From: a virus
Virus record (IMG/VR): IMGVR_UViG_3300021420_000019
Location: 37,524 to 101,523 of that record
DNA: 64,000 nucleotides
Direction: 5' to 3' (one strand)
Under the pieces are notes generated by a model. That model had not been told where the DNA came from. It did not search any database and worked only from the letters and a program-made list of their open reading frames with translations. The position numbers and the translations under genes were made by a program. How positions within the stretch are numbered: the first letter of the stretch is position 1; every line of letters begins with the position of its first letter. Below, in pieces: positions 44,960-55,259 of this stretch.

Positions 44960-45427
44960 TTAACAGAGAAGCAAAAAGAAGCAGATAAGAATTTTCGTCA
45001 GCGTCATCCCGAAAAGATGATGGCGAAAGACAAGAAGCGCTACGAAGAAAATAGAGAATCGGAACTCGCTCGTAACAAGGCGTATTATCCGACATATTAC
45101 GAAAAGAATAAAGAAGAGATTAAATTTCGTCGTAGATGCTACATGCACGGTTGTACGTTTGAGTGGCTAGAAAGCAAACTTAAAGAACAAGATAACCGAT
45201 GTGCAATTTGTAAAAAGATTTTTGAAAAGACCCCTCACATAGATCACGACCACAATTGCTGCCCTTCGAACAAACGTTTTACATGCGGCAATTGCAATCG
45301 TGATCTGTTGTGTGATGATTGTAATTTAGGGCTAGGTCGGTTTAAAGACGATCAAATCATATTACTTTCAGCAATGGAGTATTTGAAGAAGCATCAAAAA
45401 GATTCAGGTCAGAGTCAAAAAGGATAG
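44957..45427 (+). CDS. Endonuclease VII-family homing endonuclease
   Basis: QDNRCAIC...HIDHDH...RDLLCDDCNLGLGRFKDD. Confidence 0.9.
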   Translation: MLTEKQKEADKNFRQRHPEKMMAKDKKRYEENRESELARNKAYYPTYYEKNKEEIKFRRRCYMHGCTFEWLESKLKEQDNRCAICKKIFEKTPHIDHDHNCCPSNKRFTCGNCNRDLLCDDCNLGLGRFKDDQIILLSAMEYLKKHQKDSGQSQKG

Positions 45428-46099
45428 GTGATGGTAATGGAAGTAAATAACCCATCAAATTTGCCACTGCAAAATCTGCCTAATGCTTGGGAAGCAAGGC
45501 ATGATATCAAGGTCACTCAGGAAACAATTAAGAACATCCTGAAGGACGGTATACCCGCGTGGTATAAGTGGCCGAAGGACTATAAACAATTCGCACGCGA
45601 ATCGTATCTTGCTGACAAAGAAGTCAGTGAAAAGATGACAGTCCGGTATCGCATGGAAGATCAAGAGAGCCTCCTAAATGAGGTGGCGCGAAGGGTCAAT
45701 CCTATGAGCACTAGAGACTTCATTCAAAGATTGCGAGACGCGGGAGTGAAGTGTTATACGATTGAGCTTGGCTACCCACCACAGACAGTCGGACTATGGG
45801 CCTTCAAACCAGGAACGGATCGTGTCATACCTGTCTGTTATTGCCAAATTCCAGCACAAGTAGAATGGTCTGTTCTGAGACTTGACAAACGCGGATTGCC
45901 TGCTGGCGAGTCCTTTCGCGGATGGAGAACAGTCTTATCTCAGTTGATTTTGAAAGGAATAGTCTCGGAGGAAAAAGCTCACGAGATTTTTGGCCGTCCA
46001 GTGGACGGGCCTGTAAGTCGAAGGTATCGTCAAACTATGTTTTGGTTTCGCAATCGGCGAGAACTGACAGATGACTTTACTTTGACGGACCAGGAGTAG
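45428..46099 (+). CDS. Hypothetical protein
   Basis: 223 aa in the head module; RGWRTVL motif. Confidence 0.75.
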   Translation: MMVMEVNNPSNLPLQNLPNAWEARHDIKVTQETIKNILKDGIPAWYKWPKDYKQFARESYLADKEVSEKMTVRYRMEDQESLLNEVARRVNPMSTRDFIQRLRDAGVKCYTIELGYPPQTVGLWAFKPGTDRVIPVCYCQIPAQVEWSVLRLDKRGLPAGESFRGWRTVLSQLILKGIVSEEKAHEIFGRPVDGPVSRRYRQTMFWFRNRRELTDDFTLTDQE

Positions 46100-46161
46100 T
46101 AAAAGGCAGTTTTCCCGCCTATTCAAACCTATCCGGGGTTAACCGGCAATCCCGACAATAG

Positions 46162-46185
46162 TCCCGACACTTTGTCGGGATTTTT
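46162..46185 (+). terminator. Intrinsic terminator
   Basis: tcccgaca ctt tgtcggga ttttt. Confidence 0.6.
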
Positions 46186-46203
46186 ATTGGGCAAGAGAAT
46201 CAG

Positions 46204-46722
46204 ATGACAGAACATAACCAGTCTGGACAGGGCACACCTGCTCCAGCGCCTGTAGTACCAAGTGACGCAGCAACACTCCAGATGCTAGTTCAGCTTTTAC
46301 TGGCCGAGCGCCAGGAGGCTCTGCTAGAGAGGCAAGAGAAGAAGCAGACACAGGAACTTCGCGATAAGCAACGCCGCATTAACGCTGATTACAACGTGGC
46401 CGAGAAAAATAAAGCTCAGTCTCTGTGTACTCATCAAAAGGGCGGCAAGCATCCGACTCCCGGTGTCTTGAATTACGCGGTATATCATCACACGTTTACA
46501 GACCAGACAGTTTATATCCGTTGTCAGATTTGCGGCATGAGATGGCGCAAGCTTGACACGACTGAATTTTTGGTCCGTAAGGGTGAGAAGGTTCCTAATC
46601 ACACCGGAATCGGTTGGACAGAAGCGTATAAGATGCTCGCCCATACCACGAATACCCCGACCTCATCAGAGGTTCTGATGGCTACTCAATCTCTCTCCGC
46701 AGATACGGCTCAATTAGCTTAG
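46204..46722 (+). CDS. Hypothetical protein (coiled coil + CxH/CxxC)
   Basis: CTHQKGG...CQIC. Confidence 0.7.
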   Translation: MTEHNQSGQGTPAPAPVVPSDAATLQMLVQLLLAERQEALLERQEKKQTQELRDKQRRINADYNVAEKNKAQSLCTHQKGGKHPTPGVLNYAVYHHTFTDQTVYIRCQICGMRWRKLDTTEFLVRKGEKVPNHTGIGWTEAYKMLAHTTNTPTSSEVLMATQSLSADTAQLA

Positions 46723-46889
46723 TCTAGAAATTATCTGGTCCGGCGGATTACATACTCGATTCCGAGACAAATCGAGTTCTTTTATTTAAGGAGACGACCC
46801 TGTTATACCATTCCTAATCACTTCAAGACTATAGATACGGGTCTTGAGGACCCGCCTTTCTGTAGTCGGACTGTATAACGACTACTCCC

Positions 46890-47984
46890 ATGAATTCTCA
46901 AAGCTTGACGACTTTGCAAAACATGCTAGACAGGGTGCGCTCTTTCGGTGATATCCAGCCCACCTTACACGAGGTCAGCGGATACCAGCCCGAACCCTTT
47001 GTTACCATCTGCACCGATGTTTACTCTGATATCGTTGGCGTGCCGTTTCCGCACAAGTGGAACGAGATCAAGCTGCCCGTGTTCTACAGCAACTCCTGGC
47101 AGCAGGACTACGCGCTACTCAATCCCGACCAAAGTTCGGTATATAACGTCGAGTGGCTAGAGCGCGGGATCGTTGTCGATATGACCAGCACCGCTATCCC
47201 GAGAGCCTGGGGATATGTCGAGTGCGGTCGTCAACTGACCCAGGCGACCGGAACATTCATTCAAGTTAGCACATGGCGCAACCCTACGTTCCTAGCGAAC
47301 TGGTTCCCGAACTATATGTTGTACTATGGGACCTGGGGCGCTGGAAATACCGCGAACCCGACGACCGGAAACAACCCGGGACCGGGATCGATCTACACGG
47401 CTCCGCTAAACGCTATCGCGAACTCGCAGCCGAATAACCCGATCAACCAGATCATCGATCCGAACGGAAACCTTCAAGTTGTGACCACCTACGGTACCTG
47501 CGGCAATGTAGCGCCTAACTGGCCCCCGGCTGGCACCGCCCCGGGAACAAATACCCCGGACGGTTCAACTATCTGGACCGTCGTAGACCCGAACGGCGTC
47601 GGTATCCGTATCCTACCTGTGCCATCGCAGACCGGGGCTGTATTCCAGTTTAACTTGATCGCGCAGAAGCCAGCGATACGCTTTACGAGCTTAGACCAGA
47701 CCTTGGACCCGTTCCCGGATAAGTACGAGTCTTACTTCCGCCAAGGTATCATCGCGCAGTGCTACCGCTATAGTTCGCTCGCGACGGTCCAGGCGAAGTT
47801 CGAGAAGAACTATCAGATATGGCTCAAGAGCTTGAACGATCTCCGCGCTATGGAAGATCGTGAACTCGAAGAGAACCGATTCGTGCCCGAGCAGGGAGTT
47901 ATGGACAGGGGCGGCGGTGGCTCAATCGGTGCAGGCTGGAGAGGAGCTGCGTATCCGTTCCCAGGCCCAGGACAGAACTGGTAA
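46890..47984 (+). CDS. Head-tail adaptor-like protein
   Basis: Position; FPHKWN...QQDY, IRILPVP, PFPDKY pattern. Confidence 0.6.
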   Translation: MNSQSLTTLQNMLDRVRSFGDIQPTLHEVSGYQPEPFVTICTDVYSDIVGVPFPHKWNEIKLPVFYSNSWQQDYALLNPDQSSVYNVEWLERGIVVDMTSTAIPRAWGYVECGRQLTQATGTFIQVSTWRNPTFLANWFPNYMLYYGTWGAGNTANPTTGNNPGPGSIYTAPLNAIANSQPNNPINQIIDPNGNLQVVTTYGTCGNVAPNWPPAGTAPGTNTPDGSTIWTVVDPNGVGIRILPVPSQTGAVFQFNLIAQKPAIRFTSLDQTLDPFPDKYESYFRQGIIAQCYRYSSLATVQAKFEKNYQIWLKSLNDLRAMEDRELEENRFVPEQGVMDRGGGGSIGAGWRGAAYPFPGPGQNW

Positions 47985-47991
47985 TTAAATT

Positions 47992-50766
47992 ATGCCAAAT
48001 TCTTTGCAAGATACAAAAAACTACATCGAGCCGTTCTGCCGATATATGCCTTCGAACGTGGGCACGAGCAATATGCCCCTCATCGGACTCGCGAATATCG
48101 TCAGAAACATAATTTTGGCTGCGCCCTTCACTTGGGCCTTTAACCGCAACAACGATGATAGCATCACTACGGTTCAAGGTACTCAGGACTACGCGACAAG
48201 TATCACGGACTTTGGTTTTCTAGAGAAGACCACGGTCAAGGACACCGACGGTAAGCTTTGGGAGCTAGAAGACGTTCTGAACAATATATCCCTAGGGAAG
48301 TCCACCACTCAGGCCCGTCCGGAGGCAATTGCGGTTGAGGGCTTCGGTGCTACCCCGACAATGCCGACAATGCTGAACACTATTAAAACTAGTTTCAGTA
48401 CGCCGGTTTTTATGAATCAGCCCTCGATTAGTTTCACCGTGCCGCAGACAGTTATTGCTGGCGACACCCTAGCATTTGCGGTAGAGTTGAGTAACGGTGT
48501 CGGTGCTCCCGCTAGCGTTACGGATAGTTTGGGAAATATAATTACTTTAATCTCGTCACAGAGCGCCACCGCCCCCGGAACAGATTCAGTTGCAACAGAA
48601 CTAGGCGTGGCATCAGCGTACGCTATCCTCGCGGCTGCGGGCATATCAAACACGGGCTCTACCCTAATCGCAGGCGGCAACATCGGGTCCTTCCCGACCG
48701 CGACTGAGACCGGGTTTACCTCCGCCAACTTCATCCCTCCAGCGGCAATCGACAACACTGACGCTTCGGCAGCGCTGTCAGCCGCGCTTACCGCGTATAA
48801 CTTTTACAGTGCCCTTAGCTTCACATCGTTGAGCGGCTCTTCTGCAAATTTGAGTGTCTTAGGTAACGGCGCGACCGCCAGCACTTATATCCCGGGTAAC
48901 TACTCTGCGGGCTCTAGTATGGATATCCCGACGAGTATCACCTTAGATGCCCAGGGCAACTCGAACGCTTTATTCGTCTTCAAGGCGGGGAGCACGTTGA
49001 CACTCGAAAGCGGGGCGTCTATCCTCTTGGCTAACGGCGCTAAGGCCGCGAACGTAGTTTGGGTCGTAGGCAGCTCTGCTACCACTGTTGGAACTACCGG
49101 AGTATTTAATGGCAACATTCTAGCCAACACAAGCATTACGATTGGGGGCGGGACGTTTAACGGTCGCGCCCTAGCGGGAATCGTAACCAGCTCTGGGGCG
49201 GTCGTTATATCAACCGCTGTGGCTATGGCGGTTGCTACAGTTCCTTCAGCAGTTGATAACCATCAATTTCTCGTATACAACATGCCGGTTACGGTGTCCG
49301 GAATCAGCACTATTACCATTACCGCGCCAGCATCAAGCGGAGCATCTCTACCACTGACTCAGGTATCGGTCTCCGGAACTACGGTCGCGTACACAGGAAC
49401 AATCACCGGAGGGGCTTCGAATGCTTTTGTAGGTCAGACATTTACAATGTCCGGCTTTACGAATCCCGGAAATAATGTCTCAATGATTATTACCGGATCG
49501 ACCGCGACAACCCTGGTCGGTACAACTACGACTCAGGTTAACGAACTGCACTCTGAGATCGCAGCATTTTCTTTGACGTTAACACAGGTCGCGGTTGCCG
49601 GACCAACAGTTACATATACCGGAACGATAAATGGCGGAGCCTCAAACGGTTTCGTAGGACAGACGTTCGCTATCTTTGGCTTTACTAACTCAGGTAATAA
49701 CGTTTCGCTCTTGGTCACATCTTCAACTTCAACTACACTCGTCGGCACAACAACGACCCAGATCAACGAGGTACACTCCGCGCTCGCTCAGATCACACCA
49801 GCGCTATCGCTATCCCAGGTATCTGTATCTGGAACAACGACCACATACACAGGAAATATAACCGGGGGAGCGTCAAATAGTTTCGCTGGCCAGGTGTTTA
49901 CAATCTCTGGTTTTACAAATCCAGGAAACAACCTCGTGCTTACGGCCACCGGATCGACCGCGACAACCCTGACGGCTACGACTACAACCCAGGTTAACGA
50001 GTCACACGTTCAGACAGCATCGTCACCTTTAAACGCTAGAAACTTTCTTGTTGAGGGAGTTTTACTGACCGGAGTCGGGCCTATTCAACTTACATCTTAC
50101 TTCTTTTCGAACCCGGTAAATAACCAGGGCGTTTCGCAAACGTGGACATCGGAGCCTCTGACAACTATACAACCGAACGAGCTGCTGTTAGCGTTCACAA
50201 CAGCGTACGCTCCGCCATCTTCGGTTACCGACACGTTCAGCGTTCTACAGTCTGGCATTATAACAGATTCGACTTCGGCCAACGTTCAATTGAGCACGGC
50301 GGCCTTCATGGCTCCTACGGTCGGGGTGTATAACTCTCACTGGACTCAGGCGTCGTCAGCGCCGTGGCAGGCGGTGTTAGTGGGATACCCAGGTCTCCCA
50401 GGTCTCGGTAACTTATCTCCTGTATTCAGGTTCTCAGCCGTTCCTAATAAGGCGTACCCGGTGGATTTGATCTACCAGAAGAAGCCTCTCCAATTTGTGG
50501 TATTGACGGACCCGTGGGCCCCGATCCCAGATTCGTTCTCAGATGTGTATAACAATCTGTGCCTTGGGTACTATATGGAATCGTGTCAAGACCCTCGGGC
50601 ACCTCAGTATATAGCTCGCGGAATAGCAGGATTGCTGTCTCGTTCACAAGGCTTGACCCAGATGGATAAAGCATTATTTGCTGCGAGCTACTTGAACTTC
50701 AGCGCTCAACAGATGCTAGAGATGATGAAGCCACAGCAGTCGATCCAAGCTCAGGCGTCAAGATAA
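47992..50766 (+). CDS. Adaptor/tail-tube-like protein with inserted DUF3494 ice-binding-like domain and three ~75-aa repeats
   Basis: N- and C-termini resemble the 46890 ORF (FTWAFN..GTQDY; FRFSAVP..PIPD); internal AILAAAGISNTG...TLDAQGN...NGRALA. Confidence 0.75.
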   Translation: MPNSLQDTKNYIEPFCRYMPSNVGTSNMPLIGLANIVRNIILAAPFTWAFNRNNDDSITTVQGTQDYATSITDFGFLEKTTVKDTDGKLWELEDVLNNISLGKSTTQARPEAIAVEGFGATPTMPTMLNTIKTSFSTPVFMNQPSISFTVPQTVIAGDTLAFAVELSNGVGAPASVTDSLGNIITLISSQSATAPGTDSVATELGVASAYAILAAAGISNTGSTLIAGGNIGSFPTATETGFTSANFIPPAAIDNTDASAALSAALTAYNFYSALSFTSLSGSSANLSVLGNGATASTYIPGNYSAGSSMDIPTSITLDAQGNSNALFVFKAGSTLTLESGASILLANGAKAANVVWVVGSSATTVGTTGVFNGNILANTSITIGGGTFNGRALAGIVTSSGAVVISTAVAMAVATVPSAVDNHQFLVYNMPVTVSGISTITITAPASSGASLPLTQVSVSGTTVAYTGTITGGASNAFVGQTFTMSGFTNPGNNVSMIITGSTATTLVGTTTTQVNELHSEIAAFSLTLTQVAVAGPTVTYTGTINGGASNGFVGQTFAIFGFTNSGNNVSLLVTSSTSTTLVGTTTTQINEVHSALAQITPALSLSQVSVSGTTTTYTGNITGGASNSFAGQVFTISGFTNPGNNLVLTATGSTATTLTATTTTQVNESHVQTASSPLNARNFLVEGVLLTGVGPIQLTSYFFSNPVNNQGVSQTWTSEPLTTIQPNELLLAFTTAYAPPSSVTDTFSVLQSGIITDSTSANVQLSTAAFMAPTVGVYNSHWTQASSAPWQAVLVGYPGLPGLGNLSPVFRFSAVPNKAYPVDLIYQKKPLQFVVLTDPWAPIPDSFSDVYNNLCLGYYMESCQDPRAPQYIARGIAGLLSRSQGLTQMDKALFAASYLNFSAQQMLEMMKPQQSIQAQASR

Positions 50767-51305
50767 TGTTCATCGTTCCCAACACAGAGTTTAGATATCT
50801 GCTCTTCGGAAATGTCAGTCCGATTAACCCGTGCACTCTGTTCGCGGGCTCTCAGCTACAGATTTTCTCTTATCCATTTATACAGGAGTGGAGAGAAGGT
50901 AGAGCAGACGATTGGGGCAGGCTAGGCCGTGAATTGCTCCCTAGGCAGCTATTGGTTGCCCCAGGACCGGGAACATTCTTCAATCCCGCGTACGCGGTCG
51001 CTTCCGGGACGGTATCTCTACCGCCAGCGGTTGATCCGGCTACCGTTCTGATAACGATATACCAGAACAGCTTCGCTTTAGTAGGCGGGGTCGCTCAGAA
51101 ACAAAGTATCGCTCTAGGTTCAACGAACGTCTTAGTGACAGCGGGGGGCTGCGTGAACTGGGAGTTAGTAGTCGGAGCACAAACTAGTCTTACAGGTGGT
51201 CCCGGTTTCAGCCAGCAGGCACAGTTAAGTATCGGGGTGGTACTGTATTACCCGACAACCAGCACCCCGGAAGTACAGTTGACGCAGTTTGAATTTCAGA
51301 GTTAA
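50766..51305 (+). CDS. Hypothetical structural protein
   Basis: Coupled to the upstream gene. Confidence 0.65.
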   Translation: MFIVPNTEFRYLLFGNVSPINPCTLFAGSQLQIFSYPFIQEWREGRADDWGRLGRELLPRQLLVAPGPGTFFNPAYAVASGTVSLPPAVDPATVLITIYQNSFALVGGVAQKQSIALGSTNVLVTAGGCVNWELVVGAQTSLTGGPGFSQQAQLSIGVVLYYPTTSTPEVQLTQFEFQS

Positions 51306-51316
51306 TAAGGAAGGAT

Positions 51317-54300
51317 ATGTCTCCAGGTTTACTTGAGTCCGCAGGGGCGCAACCTAAAAACCCCAGCAAAGGAAAACCCGTACACGTTGCCCGCATGGAG
51401 GTCGGCCTCTACACCAACCGATCCCCTCTGCATGATTCTGCGACCACTATCCTTTCTAGATTCTACGGTGGAAATCCTGACTCACTAATTGATGGCAGCA
51501 ATATGGAAGTAACCAACCAGTTGACCTTGGCTAGGCGACCCGGTTTGTCTAAGTGGTCTTCGATTGCTGTCCCTGACGCTCCGAACTGGTTTTACGATTG
51601 GCGCACACTAGACTGCGGTATCAAGGTCATCGTGGATACCCCGACCGCATCATATATCCAGACTCCGACCACCCAGACTCAAATCTTCACGAAGTCTCTC
51701 GGGGCGGGTCAGGGCTATTACCAGGGCGTAGCAGATATACTTTACTACGGAGACGGGATAGACCTTCAAAAGATCGTCATGATGTCCCCGGGCTGCGTGC
51801 CGACCGGACCGTTTAACTTTGGAACTGCGGCTCCGACAATCGGTCCGACGATGACAGTAACCCCGAGCGCCTCGGCCACGGTCGCGTGGCAGGCCAACAC
51901 CGTATTCTCAACGATGGGCTTGCTTGTCGATTCCAACGGTAATATCGAGCAACTGATCGGTGTAAACGCGAACCCGGTGAACGCCCCGAACGCTACACAG
52001 TTCGGCACGAGCGGAAACGGACAGCCAGCGTGGAACCAAACCCCGGGCGGATTGACATTAGACAACGGGTGGGATTGGACTAACTGGGGCCCGATAGTCC
52101 TATGGTCCGCGAACACAGTATACAACAACATATCCGTTGGCGGAACTTTAGCCAACCCGTGCATCATTTACGACGCCGCGACAAAGTGCTGCTTCACAAA
52201 CACAAATCCCGGCGGCGCTCAAGGCACGAGCGGAAGTTTTAGACCTAATTTCAATCCCGCCTCTGGCGCTATTACATTTGATCCGAACGGCTCTAACGCG
52301 CCTCCGGGAGTTAAGTGGGTCAGCCTCGGGGGAGTTCCCCAGACTTGGATACCGAGTCACCTTTATCACACACGCGCTGCGGACTTCCTAGGTCAAGTTG
52401 TAGAGCCCGTAGGTTTGACGAGCGGCTTTCCATCGAACCAGACGATATATTATCAGGTGAACCAGACAGGCTCTAACCAGACATCAGGCGCTGGCGGAGC
52501 GGGTCCGTCGTGGTCAACTCTTCCAGGGACACAGACCAACGATAATCAACTTCTGTGGTTGAACTTAGGCTCTAGCGTTCGTTTAATAAATACCGGGTAT
52601 ACCGCGTGGACCGCTCAAGGTTCGGTGTTTTCCGTAATTGTGGACTCGAACAATAACTATCAGGTCTGCGTTACGAGCGGAGTCTCATCTTCGACCGCGA
52701 CCGGCGCGGTACCGTGGGCGACCTTATACGGTCAGCAGACGAACGACGGGACCGTCACTTGGGTCTGCGTCGGCGCTAAGATGGTTTGGGCCGCGAACAC
52801 GATCTGGTATCTCCCGACAGTCGGTTGGTTTCCCCCGAGCGGATCAGTTTCGTTCGGCGGTGCGCTGATTATCGATAGCAACAATAACGAACAAGCTGTC
52901 GTTATCTCCGGTAAATCTGGAGCGGTGCATCCTGTATGGGCGACAACCCCGGTTGGCGCGTTGACCGTAGACAACGCAGCTACCTGGCAGTTGATAGGTC
53001 CTGCGGTAACTATGGGCTTTGCGATAACGAAGGGCGTGAGTTTCGCGTACAGTTACGAGAGCCGAACCGCCTGCGATCCTTATAATTACGCTGTAGGTTC
53101 AGTGATCGCCGCGTGCCCGAATACCACCTGGCTAGGTGCGCCCCCGGACTGGCCGTCTCCATTAGGAGCGCCAACGGGATCAGAGACCGGGCATATCTCT
53201 ACTGCGTCACCTTTGACTACGATTACCGGCCCGACCCCTTCATCTGTCGTGACCCTGGTAATCCCAGGATCGCCCGATCCACAGATAGATACAATAGTGA
53301 TCTGGGCCACTCAAGACGGCGGTAGCACTCTGTTCTTTTTAACTGAAGTTCCTAATACCCCACCTATTGGCGGGGTTCAACAGTACCAGACTGTCGTGAT
53401 TAACGAGTCTCCGTTTACGGGACCAGGTGCGGTCAACCCATTTATCACAGCGCCCATTAACGGCCAGAATAACCCGCCCCCTGCGGGATTCAAGCCGATG
53501 GCGTATCATTTTGAGCGTATCTGGGGCGCGGTTGGAAACTTTGTGTTCGCGTCCGGCGGCCCGGATGTATTGTCAGGAAATCCTAACGAGTCATTTAATC
53601 CGCTTGACTTCTTCGAATTTCCAGAGCCCGTGACACGTATCGTGCCTACAGCGACAGGTATCTTGGTCTTTTTGACTTCGGATATCTACGCTATTTTAGG
53701 CGGACCTGCGTTCAGCACTTTTTTCCCGACGCCGATGGTGCCGGGGGTAGGCCTCCTGCACTACAATGCTTTGGATGTTCACGGCGCGGTAATTTATATG
53801 TTCACCGCCGACGCTCAGTTTATTTCTTTAGACCCGAGTGGCGGTGCGCAGAGAATGGGCGGCCCGATAGCGGATCGACTTCAGAACTTTAGTCCTCTGA
53901 CAACGTACGTATCGGTCCATGAAAACGGAAATGATAACTCGATTTTTATTTCGGACGGCGCTACAGGATGGTACCGTTTGAACCCGTCACAATTTCCAAA
54001 TGGAAATTCTGTATGGAGCCCGTTTGCAACGATTACAAACGGCGCTAAAGCCGTACTGTCTATCGAAGTATCGCCGGGTGTGCACCGCCTGCTCGTCGGT
54101 GGAACAGGACCTAACGAGTTCATCTTGCAGCGTGATTTTTCAACTTATGAAGACAATAGTATCCCATATACTTGTAATTTTACTATGGGGAGCATTTCTC
54201 TTGTAAATCCCGGGCAAATATGCGGACTAACGTTTATGAATCTCCGCGCAACCAAAGTAGGAACAGCGCCAACGGCTGCGTTCTTGTTAAATGAAATTAG

Positions 54301-54529
54301 CGGAAATTTCACAACGTTTCCAGAATCACAAAACTATCCTTGGCAAATTTGGGGTGCTACACTAGCTCCGACTAGTCTTTACAGTTCGGCATATTATTTT
54401 CGTGCCGCCGGAGTTCCCGCGCTTTGCGAGCACATGCAGGTGAAAGTTTCGTTTCCGGCAGAAAATTTCGCTAATGAGGTGCTTTCGCTCACTCTATTTG
54501 GAGTTCTGGAGCAATCTCCGGAAATTTAA
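51317..54529 (+). CDS. Tail/DNA-stabilisation (P22 gp10-like) protein with Trp-rich repeated inserts
   Basis: L.RRPG N-terminus; AYHFERIW..; repeated W.ANT.Y and T.DG.V.W units. Confidence 0.65.
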   Translation: MSPGLLESAGAQPKNPSKGKPVHVARMEVGLYTNRSPLHDSATTILSRFYGGNPDSLIDGSNMEVTNQLTLARRPGLSKWSSIAVPDAPNWFYDWRTLDCGIKVIVDTPTASYIQTPTTQTQIFTKSLGAGQGYYQGVADILYYGDGIDLQKIVMMSPGCVPTGPFNFGTAAPTIGPTMTVTPSASATVAWQANTVFSTMGLLVDSNGNIEQLIGVNANPVNAPNATQFGTSGNGQPAWNQTPGGLTLDNGWDWTNWGPIVLWSANTVYNNISVGGTLANPCIIYDAATKCCFTNTNPGGAQGTSGSFRPNFNPASGAITFDPNGSNAPPGVKWVSLGGVPQTWIPSHLYHTRAADFLGQVVEPVGLTSGFPSNQTIYYQVNQTGSNQTSGAGGAGPSWSTLPGTQTNDNQLLWLNLGSSVRLINTGYTAWTAQGSVFSVIVDSNNNYQVCVTSGVSSSTATGAVPWATLYGQQTNDGTVTWVCVGAKMVWAANTIWYLPTVGWFPPSGSVSFGGALIIDSNNNEQAVVISGKSGAVHPVWATTPVGALTVDNAATWQLIGPAVTMGFAITKGVSFAYSYESRTACDPYNYAVGSVIAACPNTTWLGAPPDWPSPLGAPTGSETGHISTASPLTTITGPTPSSVVTLVIPGSPDPQIDTIVIWATQDGGSTLFFLTEVPNTPPIGGVQQYQTVVINESPFTGPGAVNPFITAPINGQNNPPPAGFKPMAYHFERIWGAVGNFVFASGGPDVLSGNPNESFNPLDFFEFPEPVTRIVPTATGILVFLTSDIYAILGGPAFSTFFPTPMVPGVGLLHYNALDVHGAVIYMFTADAQFISLDPSGGAQRMGGPIADRLQNFSPLTTYVSVHENGNDNSIFISDGATGWYRLNPSQFPNGNSVWSPFATITNGAKAVLSIEVSPGVHRLLVGGTGPNEFILQRDFSTYEDNSIPYTCNFTMGSISLVNPGQICGLTFMNLRATKVGTAPTAAFLLNEISGNFTTFPESQNYPWQIWGATLAPTSLYSSAYYFRAAGVPALCEHMQVKVSFPAENFANEVLSLTLFGVLEQSPEI

Positions 54530-54537
54530 AATAAGTC

Positions 54538-54566
54538 TTGACAGCGTTAATTTTATGTGATACAAT
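54538..54566 (+). promoter_or_regulatory. sigma70-type promoter giving a probably leaderless mRNA
   Basis: TTGACA-N17-TACAAT, 6 nt before ATG 54573, no RBS. Confidence 0.7.
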
Positions 54567-54572
54567 AAAGAT

Positions 54573-55259
54573 ATGATTGGCACACTTTACAGATATCCTC
54601 ATCCTTGCGATTTGACTAGATTTATCTATGTCGGACAAGGGCCTAAACGCGATGTCGAACATCGGTCGGGTCGGAGTGTCTTCGGACGAAATTTCAAGAA
54701 GTTATTTCCCGGCGTAGAACTTCCGCAACCTGTTAGAGAACAAATTGAAGTCTCCGATCATATTCAGCTCAATGAAGAAGAAACAATTTGGATGTTCCGC
54801 TTTCATACTTGGCGCGGATATCCTGGCGGAATGAATCTATTGATCCCCGGCTCGCAAGACTATAAAAGAATTGGGAAAATCAGGGGACTCTTAACAGCGT
54901 CTATTCCGGGGCACACGGCAAGAGCGGGCCGAATCGGCGGTTCTATTGCCGGGCCGTCTAACGGAAGAAAACTATTAGAGAGAAAGCGAGGGCTTTTCGG
55001 TCGAACAAAAGAAAAGATAATAGAAGATGCTCGCAAGGGCGGTCTTGTTGGCGGTTTAACTGCTGGAAAAATTGCTAGAGATTCTGGTCAGCTAGCCGCA
55101 CTACGTACCCCAGAGCATCAGCGAGAAGCGGGTCGTAAAAGTGCGGCAAGACTCGGCGGCATGCCTAAAAATGGATTACACGTTCGCTGGCATGTTAAAA
55201 GAAATAAACCAAATTTAAAATGTAATTTTTGTAGAGAGGAAATAGGTGCCATTAAGTGA
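54573..55259 (+). CDS. GIY-YIG-like homing endonuclease
   Basis: GTLYRY...FIYVGQG..R..EH; paralog of the 22769 ORF. Confidence 0.7.
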   Translation: MIGTLYRYPHPCDLTRFIYVGQGPKRDVEHRSGRSVFGRNFKKLFPGVELPQPVREQIEVSDHIQLNEEETIWMFRFHTWRGYPGGMNLLIPGSQDYKRIGKIRGLLTASIPGHTARAGRIGGSIAGPSNGRKLLERKRGLFGRTKEKIIEDARKGGLVGGLTAGKIARDSGQLAALRTPEHQREAGRKSAARLGGMPKNGLHVRWHVKRNKPNLKCNFCREEIGAIK

